The notes below the pieces were generated by a model that did not search any database, had not been told where the DNA came from, and was given only the letters and a program-made list of their open reading frames with translations. Positions 1 to 10,626 of a stretch of 64,000 nucleotides of DNA are shown here, piece by piece (position 1 is the stretch's first letter; every line of letters begins with the position of its first letter). Origin of the DNA: Promethearchaeota archaeon (GTDB lineage: Archaea; Asgardarchaeota; Lokiarchaeia; Sigyniarchaeales; SOKP01); NCBI GenBank assembly GCA_030603385.1, contig JAUVXW010000013.1, forward strand, positions 21,629 through 85,628, in the 5' to 3' direction. The translations under genes and the position numbers were made by a program.

Positions 1-1
1 A

Positions 2-232
2 ACAATACCCGCTGCAATATTAGGTTATTTTATATTAGGTGCTATTTCTTCAGTAGTTCCTTTCATCTTAGCAATCTCCGCATCTAGTTTCATATATATT
101 TCTTTATCTGATTTAACACCTGATCTTCATCAGCATAGTGATTTAAAATATAGCATTCAGCAATTGTTTTTCATTATCGTTGGAATTCTCTTAATGTATT
201 TATTACTAACATTGGGGGGCCATAATCATTAA
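2..232 (+). CDS. ZIP-family metal transporter, C-terminal part (runs in from window start)
   Basis: Hand translation of frame 2 gives TIPAAILGYFILG...LAISASSFIYISLSDLTPDLHQH...GGHNH*, matching the ZIP C-terminal helices. A DtxR-type regulator follows. Confidence 0.75.
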   Translation, partial: TIPAAILGYFILGAISSVVPFILAISASSFIYISLSDLTPDLHQHSDLKYSIQQLFFIIVGILLMYLLLTLGGHNH

Positions 233-243
233 AATATTATATC

Positions 244-669
244 TTGATTGAAATGTTAGAATTAGATTATAAGGTTCTGAAGAAGATATATCATTCTTCA
301 AAATATTTAAAGGTTGGAGATCTTGCCAAAATTCTTCGTTTTCCCCATTCTACAATTGGGAGTTGCATCAAGAGATTAGAAGAGAACGGATATGTTATAT
401 ATGAGCGATATAAGCCAGTTTTTTTATCAAAGGAAGGAGAAGGTCTTGCTGCTGAACTAACACGTCATGCCCGACTTCTTGAATTGCTATTGCACAATGA
501 ATTGGGATTGACCCCTAAAGATGCTCATAATGAAAGTGAGAAATTCTATTTACTTTTCTCTTGTAATACGATTAATAGAATCTGTGCTAAATATTCTCAC
601 CCAAAAATGTGTCCTTGCGGAGAAGAAATTTTAAACTCTTCAGAATGTTTTTGTGAGAAAAAAAATTAA
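244..669 (+). CDS. DtxR/MntR-family metal-dependent transcriptional regulator
   Basis: N-terminal wHTH, RHARLLELLL metal-binding helix, HPKMCPCG tail. Confidence 0.85.
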   Translation: MIEMLELDYKVLKKIYHSSKYLKVGDLAKILRFPHSTIGSCIKRLEENGYVIYERYKPVFLSKEGEGLAAELTRHARLLELLLHNELGLTPKDAHNESEKFYLLFSCNTINRICAKYSHPKMCPCGEEILNSSECFCEKKN

Positions 670-673
670 GGTC

Positions 674-1150
674 TTATTTTATAATATCATTCGAAGCATA
701 TGCAGTTAATATTTTTCCATAAAAATAGTGATGACTAGTCATATTTGATTCGCTAGAATGAATAATCCTACATTCATAACTTAAGATACAGTCTTTTATA
801 GTAGGCACTTTTATATTTTTTCCGGGGATCGTTATCAATCCAGCTTTATTTAATTTATCAGTATTTCTCCCTGAATAAAATCCTGCAATATCTATAGCAT
901 GGTAAGTTTTCTCTGAGGGGATATTAATAGTAAAATCATTCATACCCTCAATTAATAAAGTATATGTATATCGACTATAGGCTACTTGAGCTCTAATAAC
1001 AGGGATACCCTTAAATTCAGTGATTTTTTTCCAATCTAATGCCATAACATTACAATTTCCTTTTTTATCCATTGTTACCATTAATGCCGTATTTCCATTA
1101 AATTGTTCAATATATTCATATGGTCCTATTTCTTTCCTATTATACGACAT
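674..1150 (-). CDS. Flavin reductase-like protein
   Basis: NVMALDW, FTINIP, SGRNTDK, YECRI, HHYFYGKI motifs. Confidence 0.85.
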   Translation of the reverse strand: MSYNRKEIGPYEYIEQFNGNTALMVTMDKKGNCNVMALDWKKITEFKGIPVIRAQVAYSRYTYTLLIEGMNDFTINIPSEKTYHAIDIAGFYSGRNTDKLNKAGLITIPGKNIKVPTIKDCILSYECRIIHSSESNMTSHHYFYGKILTAYASNDIIK

Positions 1151-1203
1151 TTTTCTAAGCTTATTATTTAGTTTTAATGTGATTTATATAAACAAATTAA
1201 TGA

Positions 1204-2049
1204 TCAAGGAAGCCCAGTTCCTGGTACCTCCACTTTCACATATTCAATTTTTCCACCCACTCTTTCAGAGGTAGATGTAGTTATAAAGAGTATATCACGA
1301 TTAGGTCCACCAAGCATACAAGAGTATGCATCTGTTTCGATTTTTACTTTATGTGTAATTTTACCACCCTCAAGAACACGAACTACCCTATGTCGACCTG
1401 GAGAAGCAACCCAAATAGCACCTTCAGTATCTAAACAAATTCCATCTGGTGCGATGGATTTCAGGTTTGCCCACACTCGACGATTTAATAAAGAACCATC
1501 TTCAATGATATTAAATGCAGTAAGACGAGCTGCGTAAGTTTCTGCAACAATAAGATTAGTCTCATCTGGTGTAATAATAGTTCCATTTGGAAAAGCCATA
1601 TCGCCAGCTACAATTTTAGAATCCCCATTTGGTTCTACAAGCACAATTTCAGCAGGTTTAAAAGGTTTAGTATTAAAAAAATCGAAACCAAAATTCCCAA
1701 CATATGCTCTCCCTTTATTATCAACTACCATATCATTACAATGAAAAGTTGCTAGGCCGTTTAAGTCAGCATGTTCCGTTACTCCTTTAGGATCAAGACG
1801 AAGTAATCGACAATCCTCCATTGAAACTATTAATAATCTACCATCAGGCAACCATCCTAAACCAGAAGGTCTATTTGGTATTTCTAATACGGTTCCTATA
1901 TTTCCATCAAGATCTACCGTCATTACCTTATGAGTGTCCATATCAGAAAACCAGAGTCTATCATCATGCCAACGTGGGCTTTCTGGGAATAACAAACCAT
2001 CAATAAGCACTTTTGTTTCTAGCATTACCATTGTTCTTATAATTATCAA
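1204..2049 (-). CDS. SMP-30/gluconolactonase/LRE family protein (real start probably ATG at 2025 or 2031)
   Basis: FPESPRW, CNDMVVD, FPNG, PDGICLD motifs. Confidence 0.9.
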   Translation of the reverse strand: MIIIRTMVMLETKVLIDGLLFPESPRWHDDRLWFSDMDTHKVMTVDLDGNIGTVLEIPNRPSGLGWLPDGRLLIVSMEDCRLLRLDPKGVTEHADLNGLATFHCNDMVVDNKGRAYVGNFGFDFFNTKPFKPAEIVLVEPNGDSKIVAGDMAFPNGTIITPDETNLIVAETYAARLTAFNIIEDGSLLNRRVWANLKSIAPDGICLDTEGAIWVASPGRHRVVRVLEGGKITHKVKIETDAYSCMLGGPNRDILFITTSTSERVGGKIEYVKVEVPGTGLP

Positions 2050-2052
2050 TAA

Positions 2053-2292
2053 TTATGGTTCAAATTTTTTATCGTGAATCGCCTTATCTATCGCGAGAAG
2101 GCAAGCCTCTTCCCAATCACCGTTAGGATCAATACTTTCACAGCAATCAGGGCACCAATCCTCAGAATAACCATCATCAAAATCACCAGCTTCCATATCA
2201 CCATTTAGGATGCTACCACAATAAAAACAAACACCTTCATCATACCTATCTAAAATTTCAGAAATTAATTTGATTTTTTTTTTTGCATTCAT
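2053..2292 (-). CDS. Small acidic protein with two CxxC pairs (probable Zn finger)
   Basis: CFYCG...WCPDCC; ATG at 2292 (MNAKKK) chosen as start. Confidence 0.6.
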   Translation of the reverse strand: MNAKKKIKLISEILDRYDEGVCFYCGSILNGDMEAGDFDDGYSEDWCPDCCESIDPNGDWEEACLLAIDKAIHDKKFEP

Positions 2293-2510
2293 CTTTACAA
2301 GAGAATTTTTATTTAAAATATTATAGAATAAGAAAAGAAACAATATAAGTATTTAATGTAATTTCTAATAAAATTGATAGTATAAGAACCGGAAATAATA
2401 AAAAGTTTTTATCCTTTTGAAAAAGAGTTTTTAGAAAGGATTAATTATTGAAACCAAGTTATATTTATTTTTTGATTTAGATATTATGGTTCAACTCTAT
2501 AGATTAGCTA

Positions 2511-2731
2511 AATAAATTTAAATATATGTATCCTATTTTGTTTTTAAGAATTAAATTGCATTTAATAAATAATTGAGGACATTTTTCAAATTTTTTATAA
2601 AGATATTTCTATTGTTATTCTAATAAATTTAAATATATGTATCCTATTTTGTTTTTAAGAAATAAATTGCATTTAATATATAATTGAGATCTTTTTCAAA
2701 TTTTCTATAAAGATATTTCTAATGTTATTCT
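2511..2731. repeat. Tandem duplication of ~110 bp (2511-2621, 2622-2731) upstream of the GTPase gene
   Basis: Both units run aataaatttaaatatatgtatcctattttgtttttaagaa...tataaagatatttcta(t/a)tgttattct with few differences. Confidence 0.95.
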
Positions 2732-2745
2732 AGGCGATATAATAA

Positions 2746-3782
2746 TTGGATGACATAATTAACCTGAAGCTAATTGTTCTTGGAGAAGGAGAAGTAGGAA
2801 AATCATCAATAATAAACGCATTTATGGGAGAAGAAATTTCTGAGAGATATATGCCTACAATCGGGAGTGTTACGTTTAGAAAAGAATATACATTAAAAGA
2901 AATATCAAAAATTATTAGACTGACTATCTGGGATCTTGGTGGTCAAAAATCCTTCAATCCTTATAATCCCGCCTATTACGCCAATGCCGATTTAGCTCTA
3001 TTAGTTTTTGATGTAACCAAACCAGAAATCACATTGAAGAACCTTAAAAAAGAATTTGAGGAAAAAATGAGTATTTCATCAGAAGAATGTATATCTATCT
3101 TTGTAGGAAATAAAATGGACCTGCTTGATGTAGATAAAGGGTTTAAAAACACACTCCAAGACTTTTTTAATAATAGGGATCATTTTATTTTACTATCTGC
3201 TAAAACTGGTTTAAATATTAAAGAGAGTTTTGAACTATTAATTTTTACATATCTACAGAGAGCAGAATTATTAGCTCCTGAACTTGTTCAAGAAAACTCT
3301 GCAAAAATTTTTTAAAATCAATAGGGAGAGATGAGAAGTCTTTAAAGAGTAAAATAGTAAATTTAAAATCCATTGATTCAGCTTTAGAAAAGCTCAAGTC
3401 AATACCTAAAGCCGAAGTAGAACTTTCCACTGAAAATGACACAAGTGAATTAAAGTATCATGAATTTATTCAACAGGAATTACATAAAGTTGGATATCAG
3501 AAAGATAATATACTTGATCAGTTTTTAATAAATTTATCTGAATTAGAAAAAGCTTTGACTCACGTAAGGAAATCTCATATCAAATCGACTGGTGACGTGA
3601 TTGATAACTTACGAGATCTATTAACTACTTCAAAAAAGGATTTTGAACAAAATCTTGAATTAATCCAAAAATTGAATAGAGAGGAGAATGAATTAATGAT
3701 AATCAGCTCCAAACTCAAAAACGAAAATCTAGAAGTAAATAATGAAGATCCAGATCATCAAAATAAAATTTATAATGTTTAA
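2746..3782 (+). pseudogene. Rab-like small GTPase with C-terminal helical extension, split by a -1 frameshift at ~3303-3315 (pseudogene, recoding or sequence error)
   Basis: G1 GEGEVGKS, G2 PTIG, G3 WDLGGQ, G4 NKMD, G5 SAK. Frame 0 stops at 3313-3315. The -1 frame is open from the AAAAATTTTTT run through 3782 and includes the 3555 ORF. Confidence 0.75.
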
Positions 3783-3792
3783 TAAGATATAG

Positions 3793-4713
3793 GTGATTAA
3801 AATTTCAAATACCGAAGAAACACCAACAAAAGATTTACAGAATTTAAAAGAGCAAATAAAGAAAATTGATCAGAAATTGAATCAACAGATAAAAACGTTT
3901 GACCAGAAAACACTTGATCATGTGAACAAATCTGATAAGAAATTTACTGATCAATTGAAGAAAATAGGACAGAAAATTGATGATGATGTAAAGAAACTTG
4001 ATCAAACTATAACTAACCAAATTAGTAAACTAGAGCAAGGTTCAAGGGAGAAAATAGGCAAACTTGATAAGAGTTTAGATGAACAAATTAATAGTATCAA
4101 TAAAAAAATTGAAGATATTACTAATCTTTTCGATCAAGAGTTAGAAGATAAATTCAATACTCTCAATAATAAAATAGAAGGAAATAACAAAGCATTAATT
4201 GAAGAATTGGAGAGTGCATCCAGCAAACTTGATAAGAATCTTAATGATCAAATCTCTAATGTAGAAGATAAAATTAAAATCATAATTGATAGTATAAAAG
4301 CGGTAAATGACGATTTTTCCCTAAAATTTCAGAGATTGAAAGAGGAATTTGATACAAAGGAAGAAGTTCTTAGTGATATGTTAAAGAAATTTGAAGAAGA
4401 AACTATTGAATTTAAAAACAGCCTCAAACCAGAGTTAGAAGATCTTAAAAGTCAACAAGATTTGGTCAAAATAACAGTAGATATACTTAAAAAGCAAATT
4501 TTTGAAAGTGCTAGAGAATGGATTAATGATGAGATTAAATTAGCATGTAAAAATAAAGAAAGAGAAATCTTAATGAATTTATGGATTGATGAGCTAAAAG
4601 AAGTTATTGGGGATTTAGATAAATTAAAAAAAACAAATCCTAAAGAATTAAAAATTCATATAAATGAAATTTCAACTACTATTGAATCATTTCGCCAAAA
4701 GTTTGTCAAATAA
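3793..4713 (+). CDS. 11-residue-repeat helical/coiled-coil protein
   Basis: Consecutive 11-mers such as LKEQIKKIDQK, LNQQIKTFDQK, FTDQLKKIGQK. Confidence 0.7.
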   Translation: MIKISNTEETPTKDLQNLKEQIKKIDQKLNQQIKTFDQKTLDHVNKSDKKFTDQLKKIGQKIDDDVKKLDQTITNQISKLEQGSREKIGKLDKSLDEQINSINKKIEDITNLFDQELEDKFNTLNNKIEGNNKALIEELESASSKLDKNLNDQISNVEDKIKIIIDSIKAVNDDFSLKFQRLKEEFDTKEEVLSDMLKKFEEETIEFKNSLKPELEDLKSQQDLVKITVDILKKQIFESAREWINDEIKLACKNKEREILMNLWIDELKEVIGDLDKLKKTNPKELKIHINEISTTIESFRQKFVK

Positions 4714-4889
4714 AATATTAATTCTAATTTTTCTTACTAAATTTTCTTAGTCTGGCAAAAATAATTCTTACTACTTTTTTTTTATCCGGCAAATTGTCTA
4801 TAAGTTACTCATAAATCATATACCTAATTTTATTACCTTTAGAATTTAATATATAGAATAATAAATTTAGAAAAAACTTAGTACAAGGA

Positions 4890-5861
4890 ATGATATCACA
4901 AATGACTCCAGATATAATTTCACTTGGAGAATTATTAGTTGAAATTATGCGAACAGATTTAAATACTCCACATGGAGTAACTGGTGCTAATTATCGGGGA
5001 CCATTTCCTAGTGGAGCACCAGCAATTTTTATTGACTCTGCCTCTCGTATGGGAAAGCCATTTGATTTCACTACAGGGTTTATTGGTGTTATAGGAAATG
5101 ATGAATTTGGGGCTAGTATAATTAAGAAGTTGGAAAAAGATGGTGTTGATGTATCGCAAATTAGAAGTTCGGATACTGAGACTACTGGAATTGCTTTCAA
5201 TCAATACAATTCGGATGGTTCTCGTAAATTCATATTCGCGGCAGGTGCAGCAGGCGCAACAACTCCCGATGATGTAAAGGAAGATTATTTTAAAGATATT
5301 AAAAATCTGCATATTACTGGAAGTGCCCTTTCAATTAGTAAAAATTCACGTGAAGCATGTTATAAGGCGATAAAAATAGCTAAAGAAAAAAACCCTAGTG
5401 TCTTAATTTCATTTGATCCAAATTTAAGACCTGAATTACTCGATTTAGAAGTTATACTTAAAATCTGCAAGCCTGTTTTAGAAATGACAGAAATATTGTT
5501 TCCAAGTGGGGAAGAAGCTGAAATGTTGGCAGGTATTAATGATCCAATTGAAGCCTGTCAAAAATTGCTAGAAAAAGGTCCAAAGATCATAGTATTGAAA
5601 CGAGGGAAAAGAGGATGTACAATCTTTACCAAAGATAATCTTAAGGGCGCTAATATAGAGGGATTCAAAGTTAATGAAGTGGATCCAACAGGAGCAGGGG
5701 ATTCTTTTGGTGGTGCTTTTATTGTAGGCTATTTAGCTGGATGGAACTTGAAAAAGACAGCTAAATTTGCAAATATTATTGGAGCAAAAAAGGTAGAGCA
5801 TTTTGGACCTATGTCGGATACAACTTATGAAGAAGTTATTGAATTAATGAAGAAAGATTGA
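4890..5861 (+). CDS. PfkB-family carbohydrate kinase
   Basis: SGAPA, FDPNLR, VDPTGAGDSF signature. Confidence 0.95.
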   Translation: MISQMTPDIISLGELLVEIMRTDLNTPHGVTGANYRGPFPSGAPAIFIDSASRMGKPFDFTTGFIGVIGNDEFGASIIKKLEKDGVDVSQIRSSDTETTGIAFNQYNSDGSRKFIFAAGAAGATTPDDVKEDYFKDIKNLHITGSALSISKNSREACYKAIKIAKEKNPSVLISFDPNLRPELLDLEVILKICKPVLEMTEILFPSGEEAEMLAGINDPIEACQKLLEKGPKIIVLKRGKRGCTIFTKDNLKGANIEGFKVNEVDPTGAGDSFGGAFIVGYLAGWNLKKTAKFANIIGAKKVEHFGPMSDTTYEEVIELMKKD

Positions 5862-6427
5862 TTTTAATTCAATTAGAAGTGTGGTAAAACTGACCTGAAA
5901 GAAAACAAGTAAATTTTATTAATGATTAGAAGCATAAAATCTTAAATTACAACCTCATATTAACTATATCCAACAGAAATAATATGCTTTATGTTTTGAT
6001 AAGAAAAACAACAGATTTAGTAATTCTTTTAAAGGTAAGTAAACTTAGGAGTGGTAATTGAGTCTGTTATAACGCGAATCTTAGATAAAGTTTTATTGTT
6101 ATCATACAATCCGACCAATAGACTTCAAAGACCCCACTTTAGAAAGATTCCAAATAAAAATTAAAATAAGTGCTTATTTAAACTTTTTTATTGATTCTGT
6201 GATTTTCCAGAGAAGTAAAAGAGAAAAGATTAAAATTTAAATATCTGAATTAAGTATATTTCATAAGATACTTATTAGTATTAGATGTGGGAATAAATGA
6301 TCGATTATTTAAATCGACAAATATTTAAGCAAATTTGCAATCACAATAATTAAATTTTATAATTTCTAATTCTAATTTTATATTATTATAAAGATATTAT
6401 AAATCCAATATTCAGAAACGTGAAATA

Positions 6428-7888
6428 ATGACTAACGAATTTAATGGAGAAGATAAGGAAAGTAAACCAGACAAGGAAAGCGAGAGGATAGATAAGGAAT
6501 TTTTAACTAAAGCAAAAAATTCCAGAGATATGATAGATAAAAAATTGAGAACTTTTGAGAATAGTATAGAAGATATCTCAGAAACAATTACTAACGGCGA
6601 AACAGAAGAAGAAAAAGAAAAAAGTAAAAAAGAAGTAGAAGAAATTAGTGAAGAGATAAAAGAAGCACAACTAAAACTTGATACGGTTTCAAAGAAAATT
6701 GATGATAAAGAAGAATATTTAACTGCTCTTGAAGAAACTATATCTGCTCTTGAAGAAAAGTATAATCGGAAAACAGAAGAAATGAAAAATCTGGAAGAAC
6801 GATTTGAAATTATAAAAGAGAGCAAAGATAATCTAGAAGATGATTATAAAGAACTCTTAAGAAATAACGAACAATTAGTAAAAACATATGAAAGTAGACA
6901 AGTTGATTTAATTGTTCTTACAGATTCTGTAAAAGAGAAAGTTTCATCTCAGGATGAACTGAGAAATCAAATCTCAAAATTAAATCAAGAAATATCAGAA
7001 AAGGAAGCAAAACTGGAGAAACAAAGGGAAGAATCAGAGGTTCTAGAGAAAAAAATAAAAAGCCAGAGTGCTGAAAACGAAACTTTAAGATTTTATCTTA
7101 ATAAAAATAAAGTTGAATTAGAGCATTCTAATTCTGAAATTGAAGCAAAAGAAGAGGAAAGAAAACTTTTAACAGAACAAATTGAAAAAAAAGAAATAAG
7201 AATAAAGGAAGTAGAACAAAAAATTGAAGAATATCATGATGGATTTCCTGAAATGGAAAAACAAAGAGAAACATATGAGGAACTTCTTGCTAAGTATAAA
7301 GTTCAACTAACTGATAAACAACAACAATTAATTGACATGGAATCTCGAATTCAAGAGCTCAAAGACGCAACTGAATCCTTAGATGAACAAACAAACGCCA
7401 AACAAAATTTAATTGATGCGAATGAAAAAAGGATTGAAGACTTAAAACAAGATATAGAAACGTCAAATACAGAATATCTTGAGAGAGAAGAACGGCTCGA
7501 CGCCATAACAGAGAAATTGACACGTATGGAATCAGATCATGAAAAATTAAAAAAAGCTAAAGAAGCAATTGAGGGTAGTACTAATGACTCTCGAATTATA
7601 CTTCAACAATTGAAAGAAGAATTAGAAAATCAAGAAAAGGAAATTAGAGATAAAGAGAGTCGGATCCACAGATTAGAAATATTATCCGCTATTTATAGAG
7701 CTTCGAAATTCTTCGGCGGAATTTTAATAGGTGCGGGAATATTTTTTATAATTTGGTCAATAGGAATATTTACTAATACAATAGATTTAGGGGATGTAAA
7801 TATAAATACATTTTTAATGGTTATATTCCTGTTAGTTGGAGCTATATTATCAATTATTTCTGGAATATTCCACCTTGAGAAATCATAA
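6428..7888 (+). CDS. Long coiled-coil protein with two C-terminal transmembrane helices
   Basis: ~420 aa of E/K-rich heptads followed by two hydrophobic segments. Confidence 0.75.
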   Translation: MTNEFNGEDKESKPDKESERIDKEFLTKAKNSRDMIDKKLRTFENSIEDISETITNGETEEEKEKSKKEVEEISEEIKEAQLKLDTVSKKIDDKEEYLTALEETISALEEKYNRKTEEMKNLEERFEIIKESKDNLEDDYKELLRNNEQLVKTYESRQVDLIVLTDSVKEKVSSQDELRNQISKLNQEISEKEAKLEKQREESEVLEKKIKSQSAENETLRFYLNKNKVELEHSNSEIEAKEEERKLLTEQIEKKEIRIKEVEQKIEEYHDGFPEMEKQRETYEELLAKYKVQLTDKQQQLIDMESRIQELKDATESLDEQTNAKQNLIDANEKRIEDLKQDIETSNTEYLEREERLDAITEKLTRMESDHEKLKKAKEAIEGSTNDSRIILQQLKEELENQEKEIRDKESRIHRLEILSAIYRASKFFGGILIGAGIFFIIWSIGIFTNTIDLGDVNINTFLMVIFLLVGAILSIISGIFHLEKS

Positions 7889-7957
7889 TTTACCCTTCTA
7901 TTAATTCACGAATATATTTGAAATTTAAATTAATAATACTATTTTAATGATTTAGGT

Positions 7958-9820
7958 TTGACTGAAAAAGAACAAGAAGCAGTTGTCCGTAAAAGAACGA
8001 TTAAGTTATCATCGGGAATCCTTTACGGAATTGGATGTGGAATTGGGGGTTCAGTTTTTATATTATTAGGCACAGCTATTGGACAAGCACAATCTGGTGT
8101 TTTTATTAGCTTAATCTTAGGTGGAATTTTAATTTTCATCACTGCTTTGAATTATAGTGAATTATCAACTAGTTTACCCGTTTCTGGAGGAGCTTATAAC
8201 TTTAGTAAGGAAGCATTGGGTGGATTTTTAGCATTTATAATAGGTTTCTTCTTATGGATTGCTAGCATTGCTACATTCTCTTTTTCTGCTCAAGCTTTTG
8301 TTGTTGTTATTGAAGCCTTTTTTCCATTACCTATAATGAAAAATTTATTCATTCTTATTGCATTATTATCAATATTATTTACTACTATAGTTGTTTTTAG
8401 AACTCAGATATTAGCACTAAGGACTATAATTTCTTTAACAATTATATTATTAATTATATTTGGTATCTTTATCATAACGGGGTTCCTAATTTCTCCAATT
8501 ACTAATACTTCAAATTTTAATACAGATTTTCTAACCTCGGATACGAATTTTCTTAGTGTAATCCTTATGTTTTCATTCTTGTTTATTTTTTTTACTAGTA
8601 TCACTTCAAATTTAGCTTATCTAAATGCTGATCTAAAAAATCCTTCTAAGAATATCCCTAAAGCAAATATTTTTGCGATACTAATTACACTTCTTATCTA
8701 TTTATTAATAACAACTGTATCTATGATTAATATTGGTAATAATCCAAATGAATCTCCAATTTTATTAGCTTTAATCCTAAATGATGTATTAGGATTTTCA
8801 GGGTATTTGTTAATGGGTATAGCAGCCACAATCTCGACCTTTATTGCAATGAATGCGGCTTTGGGATCAGCAGTCGCCGTAATGCATGCATTGGCAAGAG
8901 ATCACTATGTTTCACAGAAGCTCTTGAAAGTAAATAAAAAAACAAATGCACCTACTTTCATATTAATAATTACAACTGGAATTGCCATATTATTTACAAT
9001 TTTGGCAATACTATTCGCTGATATAGGTTTCACAGCGAATATAACAACTTTTATTTATTTTGTTGGATTAGCTTTCGTTAATTTTGCTGCTGTTAATCTT
9101 AGATACAAGAGAAAAGAATTAGATCGCCCATTTAAAGCTCCATTTTTTCCTTACTTACCATTAATTGTTGGTTCCAGTTGCCTAGTTTTTGCTTTTGCTT
9201 TAAATATTAATGCTATTCTTTTAGGTCTAATTATTTTTATTATTGGGGTTACCTATTATTTATTGACGATTACAGATCGACATTCAATAGTCTTTACGTT
9301 AGCAGGCTTGAAATTTTTTGCGCTTGTTCTTGTCGGTATTTTTATTTGGATCATAAATAATTTAGGTACAATATATTCTCCCATTTTTTCTTTTATACTG
9401 CTCCGTATCTTAATATTTATTTGCATTTTTTCAATTGGTACGATTTTCTTTGATATATTTCCACTCAAAGAATTAGTTTATTATTTTATAAAAAAAGTAA
9501 ACAAAAAGGAAGTAGCAATTGATATTGGAATTGGTACTATAATAGAGTTGAAAAAAGCTAAGGCGAAAAGCATCTATTATATTAATATAATGATTAGTAT
9601 TATTCAAATAGCATCTTCATTTTTTATTTTTTCTTTAATCACATTATTTACTTCAGACATTATTTCAATAGAAAATATCATCATTGGCAGTACCCTAATT
9701 TCACAAAAAACAGCCGAATTTCTTTTCATTTCATTTTTATTGTTTTTTGGGACAACATTATTGTTTGGGGGTACAATTAGTTTGTATGTAAATCGAGAAA
9801 CAAAAACCCTTGGAATTTAA
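7958..9820 (+). CDS. APC-family amino acid permease with extra C-terminal TM helices
   Basis: GCGIGGSVF, YSELSTSLPVSGGAY, RPFKAPFFP. Confidence 0.9.
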   Translation: MTEKEQEAVVRKRTIKLSSGILYGIGCGIGGSVFILLGTAIGQAQSGVFISLILGGILIFITALNYSELSTSLPVSGGAYNFSKEALGGFLAFIIGFFLWIASIATFSFSAQAFVVVIEAFFPLPIMKNLFILIALLSILFTTIVVFRTQILALRTIISLTIILLIIFGIFIITGFLISPITNTSNFNTDFLTSDTNFLSVILMFSFLFIFFTSITSNLAYLNADLKNPSKNIPKANIFAILITLLIYLLITTVSMINIGNNPNESPILLALILNDVLGFSGYLLMGIAATISTFIAMNAALGSAVAVMHALARDHYVSQKLLKVNKKTNAPTFILIITTGIAILFTILAILFADIGFTANITTFIYFVGLAFVNFAAVNLRYKRKELDRPFKAPFFPYLPLIVGSSCLVFAFALNINAILLGLIIFIIGVTYYLLTITDRHSIVFTLAGLKFFALVLVGIFIWIINNLGTIYSPIFSFILLRILIFICIFSIGTIFFDIFPLKELVYYFIKKVNKKEVAIDIGIGTIIELKKAKAKSIYYINIMISIIQIASSFFIFSLITLFTSDIISIENIIIGSTLISQKTAEFLFISFLLFFGTTLLFGGTISLYVNRETKTLGI

Positions 9821-9858
9821 ATGATTTATTAATTCATTCCACAAAAGAGAAATTATAT

Positions 9859-10626
9859 ATGAAAAAAAATTTACCTCGAATTAACCTTCATATTCATTCA
9901 AATTTCTCTGACGGAAAAAATAGTATTAGACAAATTGTTGATAGAGCTTTAAAAATGAACCTGGACTTCATTGCAATAACAGATCATTTTACTGATTCAT
10001 GGAAGGAATGGGTTTCTAAATTAAAAGATGAGGATAAAATTTCAGAATATTTAGCAGAAATAACGTTATGCCAAAATTATTTAAGAGATAAAGGAAAAAA
10101 ATTAACTGTCTTTAAAGGTCTTGAAGTAGATCTCTCGAGTTCTGAACAATTTATTAAAAAGATTAAACCTTATAAATTTGACTTGATCTTATTTGAATAT
10201 CTCCAAGGTATAGAAACTATTGCATTTGTAAAAAACATATTTAACTTCTGGAGAGGAACATCAAGAAATATGGGCAAATTCCCTATTTTAGGATTAGCAC
10301 ATTTCGATCCTTCCTATTTTATTTATGAAAATCTTGATATTCTAGTTTCATTTCTTAAGGAATATAATATCTACTTTGAATTCAACCCAAGTTACCCTAA
10401 TTTTTATGCGCGTAAAAATCAAATATTCTTCGATAAACTAAGAGAAACTAATATTCCTGTGGCGATAGGATGTGATTCTCATAGTATAACGAGTTTAAAT
10501 AATATAGAAGAACCACTTGAAGTAATACGTTATTACAATTTAGAAGATAATCTTCAGATCCTAATAAGAGCCCTGAAAAATAATTTTAACCTTGATTTCG
10601 GTAATAATAGTCAAGGAAAAACTTAA
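9859..10626 (+). CDS. PHP-domain phosphoesterase
   Basis: HIHSNFSDG, AITDH, GCDSH. Confidence 0.9.
   Translation: MKKNLPRINLHIHSNFSDGKNSIRQIVDRALKMNLDFIAITDHFTDSWKEWVSKLKDEDKISEYLAEITLCQNYLRDKGKKLTVFKGLEVDLSSSEQFIKKIKPYKFDLILFEYLQGIETIAFVKNIFNFWRGTSRNMGKFPILGLAHFDPSYFIYENLDILVSFLKEYNIYFEFNPSYPNFYARKNQIFFDKLRETNIPVAIGCDSHSITSLNNIEEPLEVIRYYNLEDNLQILIRALKNNFNLDFGNNSQGKT

Noticed and set aside
5862-6427. Long intergenic gap as ncRNA or mobile element
   Set aside because: No GC-rich stems, repeats or convincing ORF were visible.
6428-7888. SMC/Rad50 annotation for this and the other coiled-coil proteins (3793, 50160)
   Set aside because: No Walker A/B, signature motif, hinge or zinc hook.
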